This document shows, in pieces, positions 51,288 to 64,000 of a stretch of 64,000 bases of DNA. How positions within the stretch are numbered: position 1 is the first letter of the stretch; each line of letters starts with the position of its first letter. A program made the position numbers and the translations under genes. This DNA comes from Amphiscolops sp. MND2022 (Eukaryota): contig OZ076409.1 in assembly GCA_964187785.1 (NCBI GenBank), forward strand, positions 40,550,001-40,614,000, given 5' to 3'. The notes beneath the pieces are model-generated. The model saw nothing but the letters and a program-made list of their open reading frames with translations. It had not been told where the DNA came from and did not search any database.

Positions 51288-51807
51288 CTAGAAAAAAAAA
51301 GAATATTCTGAGTACATGGAAATTTTGATGATAAGTTAAGACTGCCCTGAGGCGATCCATTTTAACCTAATTTCCGGTCATTTTGAAAAGTCTCCGAATG
51401 ACGATATCAAAAAATCTCAAGTTCAAGGTCTGCGTCGAAAATAATCGACTTGCATTAACGTCACCAGTTAGTGTTAAATCAAGTGGACAACTGTGTTCTT
51501 TGAGATAGTTAACCAAAAAAAAGTTAACCAAAAATGGAAGTATACAATGAGGTGCAAAGTAAAGACCTTCTTTTCTCAGGAACCTCCTTTATCGGCGATT
51601 TTTGGCATATGATCCCATTTCGATAGAGGACTGGAGAGCATTTTTGCATCTTGAGTGAGGATATGCTTGTCCCTGATTTAAAAATTTGAGCTTCAAGACA
51701 GGCTCCGATGAATACCGTTTCTGTCTCGTTCGTGACGCATCTCATTAATTTATCAAAAGCTCTTGATTTCGTTCCATGGATGTTGAATAATTCCATAAAT
51801 AGTAAAC

Positions 51808-51941
51808 CTGTATTTGTTCGAACGGGACTTCGAACACGAAGCTCTCATTGTAGTACGGGTTCAGAGTCCTCTTTTTAATGGTTGTTTTCTTTTTCTTCAA
51901 CCTCTTGCCATTTTGTACCATCACCAACTTCACGTAGGGAT
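51808..51941 (-). CDS. syt1: Synaptotagmin (Syt1-type) penultimate coding exon (C2B polybasic region)
   Basis: 134-nt exon [45 protein letters not shown], flanked by TTTTAG and GT, in phase with the last exon. Confidence 0.95.
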
Positions 51942-52294
51942 CTAAAACACGCCATAATGTTTTCACCAAAGTCTGACCAGTTGTGAAGCTGATATGGAAC
52001 AATGTCAGACATTGTTATGTTAAATCAATATGAACTTTCAGTTATTATGTTGAATTAATATGAACTTTCAACACTTTTGACATCGCAAATATTTATTGCG
52101 ATTTGAAGTTTTTTGTCTGCGAAATCGATTGTTGTTAGCATTTTGGTAACATAGTTCGTCCTTACAAACTATGGTACCAAAAGGATAACGACAATCGATT
52201 TCGCTGACGAAAAATTTTAAATCGCAATAAATTTTTTTATATTCAGTCGGCACAAAAATCCTAGGAGCAAAACTTTTTGCAATTTATGATCAGA

Positions 52295-53684
52295 CCCTAG
52301 TTTTCTGAAATCACAAATTTTGCAAAATTCGGCCGAAATTCTTATCAATTTTGTATTTCTTACAAGAATCTTACAAGTTTGTACAAAAATAGCAAATTTT
52401 ACAAGTTTGTTACGATGTTGAACATTGCTTACAAGAGTCTGATAACATTTTTGCAAAATTTGCATCTATTCGTAAGAAATTCTTACAGAAAACGCGATGT
52501 GTAATTTCGACCAAAAATTCGTTCAAGATTTTTTTGACTCACTTTGCGTCTTGTTTTGAATAATATCTGAAGTAAAAGTCTGTATCTCTAACAGGGTTAC
52601 CTTAATGGCCCGGTAGCATTAAGGAAGCTTTTCGACACCGCGTTTCCTGAAGCCGCTAGATGGGTAGGATTTTAGGTTATGGATTTTGGGTTATGGATTT
52701 TGGGATATGGGTAGGGCAACCGCGATTTGCCTTTTATTTTTTAAAATTTTGCCCTTTATTTGCCGCCCTTTATTTTAAAATTTGCCCCTTATTTGCCCTT
52801 TATCGGCACGCGTTTGAAAGCGAGAATTTAACAAAAAAGTCAATTTCGTTTATTAAATTGAAATGTTACAATAAATGCAAATGTAATTCTCGATATTTGT
52901 AACATCAAAATTACGGTCTTTGGCTAGCATCTTATTGAGTTTGCTAAATGGTTATTTCTGAGAAATGTGTATGCCTCTACACAAACTCGGGGCGACTCGT
53001 ATTCCTCAGAAAAGGGGTGATTTTATACGGAAAAGTAAAAGATTCGAAGTGTTTTGCCTTTTTTGCCTTTTATTAAACTTTTTGCCCCTAACCCGCATTT
53101 CTGCCCTTTTTGCCCCTATTGCCCTTTTGCCCTTTTTGGTTGCCCTAATTATGGGTTTTGGGGTTTGTATTTTTTATGGATTTTGGGTTATGGAATTTGG
53201 GTTAGATTGTGATAAATTTTAGACAAAAATGGTCCCATTAAGAAGAATGTCATAGATTTTAGATGGAAACCGGCCAAATTTAAACAGTTTATGGAATAAA
53301 ATCTGAAACACCGTATTTTACCGGAATAGCGTCTAAAATCACCGTGTTTTGGTAGAATAAGATCTCAAAACAATGTATTTCACTGGAATAAAGCCTAAAA
53401 TCACTGTTTTTTGAGGGAGATAGGATCCTTTTGTTGCGAAAAGGTTGAGAGTATGGTACTATTAATAGCTTCTATAATTTTTCATGATTGATAGGTTAGA
53501 ACCGGCTTTTTCCAATAGTTCCTTAAGTCGAACGATGCACATTTTGTCAGATTTTTGTCAAACTTATGCATTTTTTGTACCATTTTTAGCTGGAAATCGC
53601 AAATTATACAAGAATCTTGTAAGAGTTAGTTTAAAATAATGCACTTTCTTACAAAACTTTTGTAATGAATTTTTTCAACTAGGG
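52295..53684 (+). mobile_element. MITE-like family D with nested insertions
   Basis: CCCTAGTT...AACTAGGG termini. Homologous to 12700-13597. Confidence 0.55.
52712..53147. mobile_element. Nested hAT-like MITE (TAGGGCAACC TIRs)
   Basis: TAGGGCAACC ... GGTTGCCCTA, an imperfect 8-bp flanking duplication GATATGGG/ATTATGGG, and TTGCCC subterminal repeats. Confidence 0.6.
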
Positions 53685-54912
53685 GAGTTACAGGGGTGTT
53701 TTTATAAAGTCAAACAAAAATTACATAAGTAACAACACTTGGCTGATTTTTGACTTTTGACATTTTTTTCGAAATTCATCTTGCAATAGCTCCAAAACCG
53801 CTGTTTGTAACAAACAACGCCGGAATCAAACTTTTGAACTTTGATTCAGATCTCTCACTTCTTTCTTTCATACATTTTCTCAAAACGCCCTCGTTTTGAA
53901 TTTACATCGCAATTTGATCACAAAATGCGATGTAACGGCAAGCGCTAAGCATTGGTGACGTAAAAATAGAGTGGAGGAACTAATGCCATGGATTAAGATT
54001 CGAGACCAATCACCATAACACTAGCTCATTTTGCCTCCTAAGGGTTGCCGGTCTCAAGGAGGGGGAACCGTCTGAAATGATGCCCTCTGGCCTGATACCA
54101 GTCTGTTACTGCTAAGAATCACGGGAATCGCACTGGGATTTGCAATCACCGCGTAGATAGCTCATAAAATTGTTTGGTTGTCGATAACTGATTTTTCTCC
54201 AGTGGGAATCTGGGTACATGCAAACACTAATAAACGACAACAACCCTCGGGCATTTTACAATCTAAATACAAATACCTCACAAATTAAGATAATAGAGTG
54301 CAGTTCGGCGAAAGCTGGGGGTAATGGGTCGTCATGGCATTAGCGCTCGAGCTGGGTACAACCCCTGGGCACGGGTAGACTCTTTAAGCTGTCATCAGAA
54401 CTCTGGATTCGGCACAGTAAATTACATGACTCTGCGGGCAAACACCGTGGCTTGGCACGTTTTAGCTTTTTTTCTACTGTCTACTCTCTCGGTCGTCTTG
54501 CTCTCCCTCGCCGGGCGGCTTTTTGACCGTCTTGCTTCACTTATTCTGACAGGTACTTGGCCAAATCATGCTCAGGATGGCACGTCAGATTTGAAGAAAA
54601 TTTTCAAAAATTGTCAAAAATTCGTTGATCACAGGATGCAGTTAAACCAAGTCTTCAGTTTTTAGGCTCTTCATTTATTTTTCAAGCAAGCATTTTCAGG
54701 AAATGTCGTGGAGACAGAAGTTAAAAAGTGGGGTCAAAGCTACAAAAATGAACTTGTGAGGTTTTTTCTGACCGATAAGTTTTGAGATAGTGTATTATAA
54801 GGTTCGAAAAATTCCAAAAACACGTCGAATTACGATTCAATTTTTTTTAAACTCTAACTCGACTTCTGCTGTCAGTTTGATCAAAGTTTGAGATACTTTT
54901 GCACCTGATATT

Positions 54913-55256
54913 TCTAGTCGGCGTAGAAAAACGCAGACTATAGTAGTGACTTTTTTGAAGACCAACGAAGTGACAGATTTTTTAAGCTTTATAAGCTGAC
55001 TTGAACTAACACTAAATGCCACACTACTTCTACTGGCACTTGACATAGAGGTTAATTAGGTTTTTTTGTGGTCTCTTTCACATTTTTCGGCACTATGCGA
55101 CTTATCGGCGACCAAGAAAAAACTTTGAAAAAAATCGGATTTTTTTCAATTTTTTCCTCATGCGGGTACTGAAGAAGAGAATACCTGACACTTTGAAGTC
55201 CTTTTGCTATTTTTGAGCATTGGTATGGCGCCGACTTGGGCCGTTCCCGGCTTGTT
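54913..55256 (+). mobile_element. HINE family A copy
   Basis: TAGTCGGCG start and GGCGCCGACTTGGGCCGTTCCCGGCTTGTT end. Confidence 0.65.
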
Positions 55257-56519
55257 TCTAAAATGAATATATTTAAAAAATTTCGCTCAGAAAATTTTTG
55301 GTAAACTTGTGTATGTTCTTTATTTTATGAATGGTTGGTTCTCCATTGAAGGTTGAAAATTTTTCACTCTTCGGAAACCGCAGCATTTCATCTACCAGCC
55401 CATGACTGTACGTGCATAATTACGGTAGACTGTCTTGCAATTATTCATTTCGGTATTTGTTAGAAGTTCAATTTCTGACAGTAGTAAACATAACTGAGAC
55501 GTCACCAATGTATCATGACGTCATAGTATTATTTTCATTGTAGCTAGGTTGATGTATCTGGTCTCGAGTGATCAATTTGTTCCCGTCAAAGGTCGCCTTT
55601 GGGTCACTTTTCGAGTTTAATCCTTGAGAATATTTGAGGTTATTTGTGTAAATGTGTAAGATTCGCAAAAAAATTCAAGAGACGGAAATAATTCAACAAA
55701 GAAACCTATGTGTAACATTGGGCAGAAAAAACAGACGAAACCACTGATCAAATGAAGCGTAAATATGTTTGAAAACATTTCTTAACGCTTTGTTTCAAAA
55801 AAAGGTAGACAAGAGCAATCACTCTATTTAGTTGAAAAAGAAGGTACTACAGTATCGACTTTTCAGTAGACTTAGTGTAATAATGCATAATTGAATAGTG
55901 ATCCCACTTTTCTAAGAAGAGAGGCTGATTTTTGGCTTTAAATGATTTCAGACATTGAATCATTTAATATTCTTTTCACCATTGCCAAAAAGTTTTTAGT
56001 ATAAGCGTTTAGCCGCAGACGCATATGCGAGTTCTGTTCTGATAAATACTCCTGGGTATTAAAAGATAAAATTCTTCAAAAGATCTTTTGCCGAAAGTTC
56101 TCACAAATGATTTAATTTAAAAAGATCCTTGGAGGTAACTAAATTCCTTTGGAGGTTCTAGATCATACTCAAACTCTCCAGAGGGTCCTTCGAAAAAAAG
56201 CCAAAGAAATATTTCCCATTGGATCCGCCTTTCTATCAATAATTTACGTAGACTAATCACCATGCACATTTTGCGATAATTCTCACTTTTCAGATTTTGT
56301 TCAGCGAGCACCATCAAAAGGTACCAACCGTGGCCCTGAGAGATTGAAAAATGGTTGCTTGACTCGCAAAAATTGCTCAGAAGTAGTTAGTTGGATTTTT
56401 TGATGTTTCAAATCAACAAACTTCTTGCTAAGAAATTGAGATTTTAAAAAATATTTTTTTGACAACTTTGCACAACAATCGCTGATCTAGTACTTTTCAT
56501 TTTTTACATTGAAGTCATG

Positions 56520-58381
56520 TTTTTAGTCGGCGCTTTTCCATTAAGGGAAAAATGCCCGACTATAGCAGTGACTGTTTTTAGTCGGCGCTTTTTACCTTAA
56601 GGAAAAAAGCCCGACTATTACAGTGGGTAGTTTTTTTTCTTTTTCAGCTTACAATCTCACTCTGAATGGTCAACTTTTTACAATTTGTTCATCTGTTCTG
56701 TTGTTCATCTTCGACTAAATTTCTGAAGCCGGAGAGCGGGGGTTCGATTCTCGCACTAAACCATAATATTTTTATGCTTCCAAAAGTACAGCAGGTGAGA
56801 CCAAAGGGTCCCCTCTTTGGGTTTTTTCGGCACTCTGCGACTTTTTTCGAAAATTTTCGAATATCATCAAAGGGTACCCCTTGCATTTTTTTGAAGTTTT
56901 CGGTTTGTAAAAAACGAAAAAACGTTTAATGGGCCTAAATGACCTCTTTTTGGGTTTTCCGGCACTGTGCGACTTTAACCGAATACTTTTAAAAAATATA
57001 TATATTTTTTTTCAAATGCTTCCAATAGTTGTTTTCGGCTTAGTGAGACTTTTTTTCGCAAATTTTCAAATGTCTCCAAAGGGTCCCCCGTTCATTTTTT
57101 CCTATTTTTCCAAAGAATGGATGTTCAAAAACTCCCAAATGCCCCCTTTTACATTTGTCGGCACTATGCGACTTACCGAAGACCAAAAAAATTCAAAAAA
57201 ATTTTCAAAAAAAATTAATTATTTTTCTATTTTTTCCTCACGTGGGTTTTGTAGAAGAGAATACTTGACACATTGAAGTCCTTTTGCTATTTTTGAACCT
57301 TAGATTTGCCGCCGATTTGGGCCGTTCCCGGCTTGTTTTTAGTCGGCGCGTTTTCCTTTTAAGGAAAAATGCCCGACTATAGCAGTGACCTTTTTTTTTC
57401 AGACTACAATCCTCACACTGATCGGTCCACTTTTTACAATCCTGCGCAGAGCACCTGAGGCAAGTCCGCCCAAGGCAAACTTTACTCCAAAGGGTCCCCC
57501 CTTTCATTTTTTACTTTTTCAAGGAAACACAAAACCGGACGTGCCCAAAGGGTCCCCCCTTTGGATTTTTTTTCGGCACTGTGCGACTTTTTTTCGAAAA
57601 TTTTTTAATGTCCCCAAAGGGTCCCCCCTTTGAGTTTTTTGATATTTTGCAACGGAATGTTTGTTAATAAATTCAGAAGGGTCCCCCCTTTTACATTTTT
57701 CGGCACTATGCGACTTCTTTTGAAAGAAAAATTTTTTTCAAAAATTTCAAGTTTTTTCCAAAAAAAGTGTTTTACGCTTTTTGAGCCTTAGATATGGCGC
57801 CGACTTTAGACGTTCTCGTCTTGTTTCTTCAGACTACAATCCTCACACTGATCGGTCCACTTTTTTAGAAACAATCCTGAAACCACCTAAGGCGCCCAGT
57901 CCGGCAAAGGGGCCGAGGCCAACTTAGTGCAAATGATCCCCCCTTTCATTTTTTAGTTTTTTAAGGTAACATACAAAACCGGACAGGACTAAAGAGTCCC
58001 CCCTTTCGGCACTGTGCGACATTTTTTCGAAAGTTTTTTTTTGTCTCCAAAAGGTCCCCCCATCAGTTTTTACTTTTTAACGTAATCTACAAAACCGGCC
58101 GAGGCTAAATGGTCCCCCTTTTTGATTTTTTTTGGCACTGCGCGACTTTTTTTCGAAAACTTTTTAATGTCTCCAAAGGGTCCTCTCTTTGAGTTTTTTG
58201 TTATTTTGCAACAAAATGCATGTTTGGAAATCAAAAAGGGTCCCGCTTTTACATTTTTCGGCACTGTCCGACATTTTCCGAAAGAAAAAAATTTCTATAA
58301 TTTCAAGTTTTTTCCCAAAAAAATGTTTTGCGCTTTTTGAGCCTTAGATATAGCGCCGACTTTAGACGTTCCTGTCTTGTT
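56520..58381 (+). mobile_element. Head-to-tail array of about three HINE family A units
   Basis: Units end in ...CTTGTT at 57337, 57825 and 58381. Junction GGCTTGTTTTTAGTCGG at ~57337. Confidence 0.75.
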
Positions 58382-58410
58382 GTAAAATGTTTCCGCAGTT
58401 TTTTCTAGCT

Positions 58411-59400
58411 CCCCTGGTTGGAACTGCTTGAACTTTTTACATGTTTTGCTTTTTGCAGGTTACCAACATAGTTTTCTATCATTTTATGAAATTCTCAAAG
58501 AAACGTCTAAGCAGTAAAACTTCACTGATTCGATTTAATTTTCTTAAGCTGTCTAAAAGATGTATACTGAAGTTGGCTGCAATTCTTCGCCGCAAAGTTT
58601 TGCAGGTTTCATTGAGACGCCGTTCTAGTTCTGAAAACAGCTGAGACCTTAAACAATTTTATCAACGATTTTAATGCGAATAAAATCAGTCACATTATGA
58701 GTTCCAAAATTGCGTCATTTTCAGCGTGTTATTTGACTAACGGTGATTACATAAGGTACTTACATAAAAAACTTACGCGTGAAAACAAAAAGATCGCGGA
58801 GGTGAAGGAGTTGAAATGCTTTCAGTTTCGCCTCAAACAGTGCAGGCTGCATTGTAATCCTACAAAATATTTCCATGCAGGCTCCCGGAATTTTCAATGT
58901 AAAGAGTTCAAGCAACCTCGACAAGGGTTGTTCATTGCCCTGGTTGAAACTGCTTGGACCTTTTACATGATTTTGTATGTTACCAAGTTAATTTTTCCTA
59001 ATTGTATAAAATTCTCAAGGAATTTTCCATGCAATAAAACTTCACTGATTCAATTCAATTTTATCAAGATGGATCCTAAATTTGGCGGCAGTTCCGAGCC
59101 GCGATGTTTTGCAAGTTTCATTAGGAAGCCGTTCTAATTTTGAAAGCCGCTGAGACCTCACCAATTTTACCTCGATCTCAATGCAAATAAACTTCAGTCA
59201 CATTATAGGTTTCAACGTGCCGTCACATTCAGCGTGCTATTTGGCTAACGGTGATCACAAGTAATTTACGCGTGAAAACAAAGTGATCGCGGCGGTGAAG
59301 AAGTGGAAGTGTTTTCAGTTGTAGTTGAAATAGTGGAAGCAGCATTGTAATCCTACCAAATGTTTTCATGTATGCTCCCTGAGTTTTCCATAATTTGCAA
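58411..59400 (+). repeat. Two tandem copies of repeat family E
   Basis: CCCTGGTTG(G/A)AACTGCTTG starts at ~58411 and ~58938, with colinear bodies. Confidence 0.75.
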
Positions 59401-60506
59401 AACAATTAGCCTGCATAATCCATGCAGCATGTAAAACGTTCAGCAATCTCTTCTAGGGTGCATTCTTCCTTTGCTGGTTCAGATGAAGCTCCGTTTTGTA
59501 ATATGGCAGGAAATGGGCCGGGTTTAGACTTGTCAAGCCAGACAGTCCGGAAGAAATGAGCGTCAGTTTCATGGAAGACCACCCGTACAAATTTTCTAAT
59601 CATTAAAAACCATGCGAAATTAATGAAGGGTATGAGAAACGAGATTTTGCTTAACCTTGTTAAATTCTCAGAGATTGTTGTTTTGTTCACATGATTAAAA
59701 AACATTCGCACCATTTTGAAGAAAGTGCTTCAATCTATTTGAACATTGGGAATTTGAGGGTTGTTTTTTTTCGGAATTTGAACTTTGATTCAAATTAAAG
59801 AAATTTAGCAATTAGATCATTTTTTTCTTCTGATTTTTGAAGTGAATTCATGTCACCATAAAAAGTTTGCGGCTTTGATGTAGAGCATTTCTAATTTCAT
59901 ATTTTTTTCCAAGTTCCTCTATATTATATATTAATGTAATTTATCGCCACGGATTCTGAGTCCTGTAAAAAAGTAAGACAGTGAAGAATCAAAATGTGTA
60001 AAATTGTTTTGGGGAAAGATTTATGACCTCATTGTAACTATAGTCATTGTTAACAATTTCTAAGGCCCTTTCAACTTTTCAACGAAAACCTTGATCTGTT
60101 TTCTGACAATCGGACAGTTTGTCTCTGAAATATCTGGTTTGTGACTTGATTGATCCGAAATATCTATATTTCCTCTGCAACGAGGCATATTTAGTGGCCT
60201 CGGGATAGACACAGCTGGAAAACGTAGAAAGAATCAAATGTGGCAAAACCAGTTCCACTAGTGACCATCTGCGGCTCATGAGGTGCAATCGCTGGATTGA
60301 CCTGAAGTGTAAGTACGGGTCGACAATAGTTGGCTGCTATCAAGAAATCAGCAAACTACCATTTTCATTCAACTATTAAATCGTCTAAAGTTACTAAATT
60401 TACAAGCGAAACGACGAAACTTTGCTTCTCAAGACTATACTATTGATTCGAAAGGTGTCTCGATCCCGGATATAGGACAAAAGAGTCATTTGATACTTCA
60501 GGTGAA

Positions 60507-61211
60507 CCCTGGTTGAGAAAAAATGCGTTCCTTGCAAGGATCTTGCAAGATCCTTGTAAAAATGCAATTACTTGTAAGATCTTGCAAGGAAATTTTTTCC
60601 TTGCAAGATCTTGCAAGGAAATGTTTTCCTTGCAGGATTCTTGAATTCAATGTACTTCATACTGAGAAATCACGTAGTCGTGATTTGAGTATATTGTCAA
60701 AAACGTTAATAACTATTATTTCGAAAGGGCAATTTAACAAATTGAAATATAATTTCAATCAGTAACTTATGCACAGCCTAATTTTAAATCATTAATCGGT
60801 ACATAACACTATTGGCCTGAAAAAACTTTCAAAATACTTTGAAACTGTATTTTAAATGTTCCGTCACTGAAATGTATTATTACTATTTTCAGAACTTCAC
60901 TAAGATCACACTTTTAGAGATATTTTCTAGAGTTTGCATCTGTATGGTAGTTGAATCAGTAAATAAACGCAGTTTGTGACTGCAATTTGATAGTCACAAT
61001 GCAGTAAGTCATAAACAATGAATATAAAAAATGAAAAAAATTTTGTCAAGAACCTTTCACGAAATTTTCCTCCTTGAAAGAATCTTGCAAGTAAATTTAT
61101 TCCTTGCAAGATTCTTGCAAGATGTCTGGCAGAAAAATGCATTATCTTGCAAGACCTTGAAAGAAAATCTTGCAAGATCCTTGCAAGGAACGCATTTTTT
61201 TTCAACCAGGG
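60507..61211. mobile_element. MITE with long TIRs built from TCTTGCAAGA palindromes
   Basis: CCCTGGTTGAGAAAAAATGCGTTCCTTGCAAGGATCTTGCAAGAT ... ATCTTGCAAGATCCTTGCAAGGAACGCATTTTTTTTCAACCAGGG. Confidence 0.85.
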
Positions 61212-61445
61212 AAGCTCTTAAAAGTTGTAATCGTCACAGTCAAACAGCCTACGACAACTACGAACAAACAATTTGCAAAATATTCATAATGGCAATAGCT
61301 TCCAAATTTAGCCTAAATTTCTAAAATTTGCGGTGAATTTTTTTTCCGAAGTGCTTGGTGAACAGACAGACGTAGCTCGTGACGAAGGCACCTGTTGTTT
61401 GTGTGTTTCAACCTTTATTTTCTGTTGGCCGTTTGCCTTCTAAGT

Positions 61446-61850
61446 GTTTTTAGTCGGCGCTTCATGAGCTGAAACGCGATTATACTAGTGACTCTTTCTT
61501 TTTCAATCCACACGAACAGACCAAAATAGTTCTACAAAAGGTTTACGAAATATTATGGTGTCAAATTGGACCATTTGGCCCAGGGAACTGAACCATGAAA
61601 GTTAATCCTTTTTTTTCAGCGTAACATACAATACGGGCGAGACTAAAGGGTCCCTTTTGTGAGACCTTCTTCGAAAATAGATAATGTCTCTAGAGGGTCC
61701 CCCTTCAATTTCTTTGATATTTTGCAACAGAATGGATGTTGAAAATCCGAAAGGGCGCCGTTTTAGCGCGCCAGTTCGGTCCAACTTTTGGGTTTTTCGG
61801 GTACTGTAGAAGAGAATAATACTTGACACTTTGCTCCTTGTGCTATTTTT
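61446..61850 (+). mobile_element. Truncated HINE family A copy
   Basis: TTTTTAGTCGGCGC start and AAGGGTCCC subrepeats; 3' hairpin missing. Confidence 0.55.
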
Positions 61851-62227
61851 GTGCTATATAGATTTTTTCATTTTTCAAGAAGAATGGTAACCCCATGAAA
61901 CATCAGCTAACTCCAGAGTCCGTGAAGCACCATTGCGATTCATGTTAATTTCAGAGCATAAAGTAAGAAAATGTCAATAAAATTACATGCTTTTCATTCA
62001 AACCTTACTTTCTATTCAAATGTGATATTGGGTTCATTATGTAAAGCTTCAAAAAATACACGAATCATGTTTTGAAACACAGCCACTAGTCAGCCTACGC
62101 ATCGATTATCTGAACATATATAAAAACTGAATAGATGAGTCTCGCCCTCTGAAAATGGCATTTAGCTTTGCTGTTTTGTAGGAACAAAACGTTTTCCTGT
62201 AAAATGAGACGATCTTTGGCTCCCGGA

Positions 62228-62464
62228 GTTTTAGTTTAAAAACCTCCGCTGTTTTGCATTCATTTGAACAAAAAAGTATTAAAGAAAAAGGAAACTTTAA
62301 TAAGTTGACATTTTAGGCTAGCTAACAACAGACAAAGTCATTTGGCCCAATTGACTTTGTATGTCGTTTGCTAGTCAGAAATGTCAACTTATCAAGTTTT
62401 CCTTTTCCTTTATTACTTTTTTGTTCAAATGGCTGCAAAATAGTGGACGTTTTCAAATTAAAAC
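62228..62464. repeat. Long imperfect palindrome (~115-bp arms, centre ~62346)
   Basis: CATTTGAACAAAAAAGTA...ATAAGTTGACATTT...ACAAAGTCA mirrored by TGACTTTGT...AAATGTCAACTTAT...TACTTTTTTGTTCAAATG. Confidence 0.85.
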
Positions 62465-64000
62465 ATCACAACTTTATAATACTCGACTGTCATTAAAGGT
62501 CTGAGCAAATATTGAGTTAATCAAATTTATCTGAGAGTTCTAGATAATTCTGCAACAAAGAAACTCAAATTCGATGAAAAGATTTTTTTATCAAAAAATG
62601 ATACCCGCAAGTGTTTCCTTAAAATTTGAATGAAGCACAACTGCCCGAGTGAAAAACTGAAAATCTTTTTTAGTGGATTGATAGTAGCTTAAAACCTTCA
62701 AAAAATCTATTCCTTTACATCTGAAGCTGTTTTTCATTTCAACATGGATAAAGAATTTGCATTACCAGACATAAGCGCCCCCAATCAAAGGCCACTGCTG
62801 GTTTATTGACTCTTTTCGTTCGTCACTTCAATTGAAACATTATTAATGCTTCATTTTGAAACGATACATTGACAAATTGTCACTAATGGTAATACAACTG
62901 AAACTATATGCTTTATCAATCAATACCTTCAATTCAATGAAGTATTAAAATCAACTCAGTTTTTAGATAGGTCTCTGAAGGGGGCGCTTTTCGTCGGGGA
63001 GCTCGTCCACAGAGTTTAGCTCGAAGTTAGAAAATTTTCATTCCTTAGTTACCTTACCTTTTGAGAAACCTACTCTAACCAACACTAATTACAGCATGAA
63101 AGAGTCAGCTATTTCATCCAAAAAGCTAATGTTTAAATAAAATATTTCATTCAGGATTAGCAAAATTCCGACAATTCATGTTTTATAGAAGACTCGCTGC
63201 TGCGTTGGAAACTGTCGGGACATTTCGTCCTTGGCAATTTGAACCTATGCTACTTCAATCGTCGCCATTTCAACCGCTCAGAAATTCAACCCAATACATT
63301 TTCGACTGACCGCTAATTCGACTCAAACGAATGTTGACTAAATGATCTTAATTCGTTAACCGACCATTTTCTTTGTCCAAAATGCATGAATTTTTCCCAT
63401 GTATTTAAAAGTTGTCTGACATTTATTGAAAAATTTTGGCAAGACTCTGTCAGACGTTTTCATGGTCGAAAATTACGCTAATGAGCGGATAGTTATTCGA
63501 GTATTTATCAAGGTTCATGTAAGATCTTTGGTTATTAGTATGTAATTAAATCAAAGGACGAGACAATAACAACGTAGCATAAAAAACCCACCCTGGAGCG
63601 CCAATGTCAGAGTTTTGATTTTCAGTAGCTTTAGCAAAGTGTTGAGAATTGCTCCCCTACAACTCAATTAGACCCTTAGTGTACCGGCTGCTTGCCCTTA
63701 TCCTGCGCTAAGGCTTGACAATTTTTACGCCGCCCTGATCCGTTGCTTAGTGCTGTGAACCGTCACTAAACAAATCCTGGTTTTCTTGTTTAAAGGACTG
63801 TATCTTTTGGCTTGATGGGTCCGATGTGACCCGTGGAATCTTCTGCGATTCTTCTTTGCACTGATTTGGATCCGATGTGATCCTGCACACACTTCCCTCA
63901 CTGTATCTTCACGCGCTCCTGCTCTCCAACTATGAGAGTAGCTACTTAGTCGCTCTAACTCTAGCGAAAAGTTGTGAAGATTGAGAAGTTGATTAATTAG

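Noticed and set aside
52660..53200. Interstitial telomeric repeat
   Set aside because: The units are GGGTTATGGATTTT-like rather than TTAGGG arrays, and are part of a nested repeat.
56117..56317. Upstream synaptotagmin exon
   Set aside because: The translation lacks C2-domain motifs.
56800..58300. CRISPR-like regularly spaced repeats (AAGGGTCCCCC, CGGCACTGTGCGAC)
   Set aside because: The context is eukaryotic, the spacing is irregular, the spacers resemble each other and there are no cas genes. These are HINE subrepeats.
63700..63935. Possible minus-strand exon with a repeated R(I/V)TSDP motif
   Set aside because: It is short, has no recognisable homology and the reading frame is ambiguous.

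Overview
This window is repeat-rich animal genomic DNA: it has spliceosomal introns, a synaptotagmin-1-type gene and a 200-N scaffold gap at 46350-46549. The species cannot be determined from the sequence alone. It holds two decayed, divergent members of one Ty3/Gypsy LTR-retrotransposon lineage. Element 1 runs <1-10031 and includes its 3' LTR. Element 2 runs 30506->46349, includes its 5' LTR and ends in the gap. Both share an unusual layout. First, Gag starts about 190 codons inside the LTR. Second, pol is followed by a large ANTISENSE gene with four spliceosomal introns at identical positions in both elements; its product has a zinc finger and resembles a catalytically dead hAT-like transposase. 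Third, a divergent ~1.1-1.2 kb spacer leads to a sense ORF3 that runs through the polypurine tract into the LTR. Also present: a BEL/Pao element with both LTRs, a 5-bp TSD and an extra SGNH-like ORF upstream of gag; a 3-exon gene for an acidic secreted protein I do not recognise; the last two exons of synaptotagmin; Helentron-like (HINE) repeats; several MITE families; and a 237-bp palindrome. All calls were made by eye, and family assignments are inferred from motifs without database searches.
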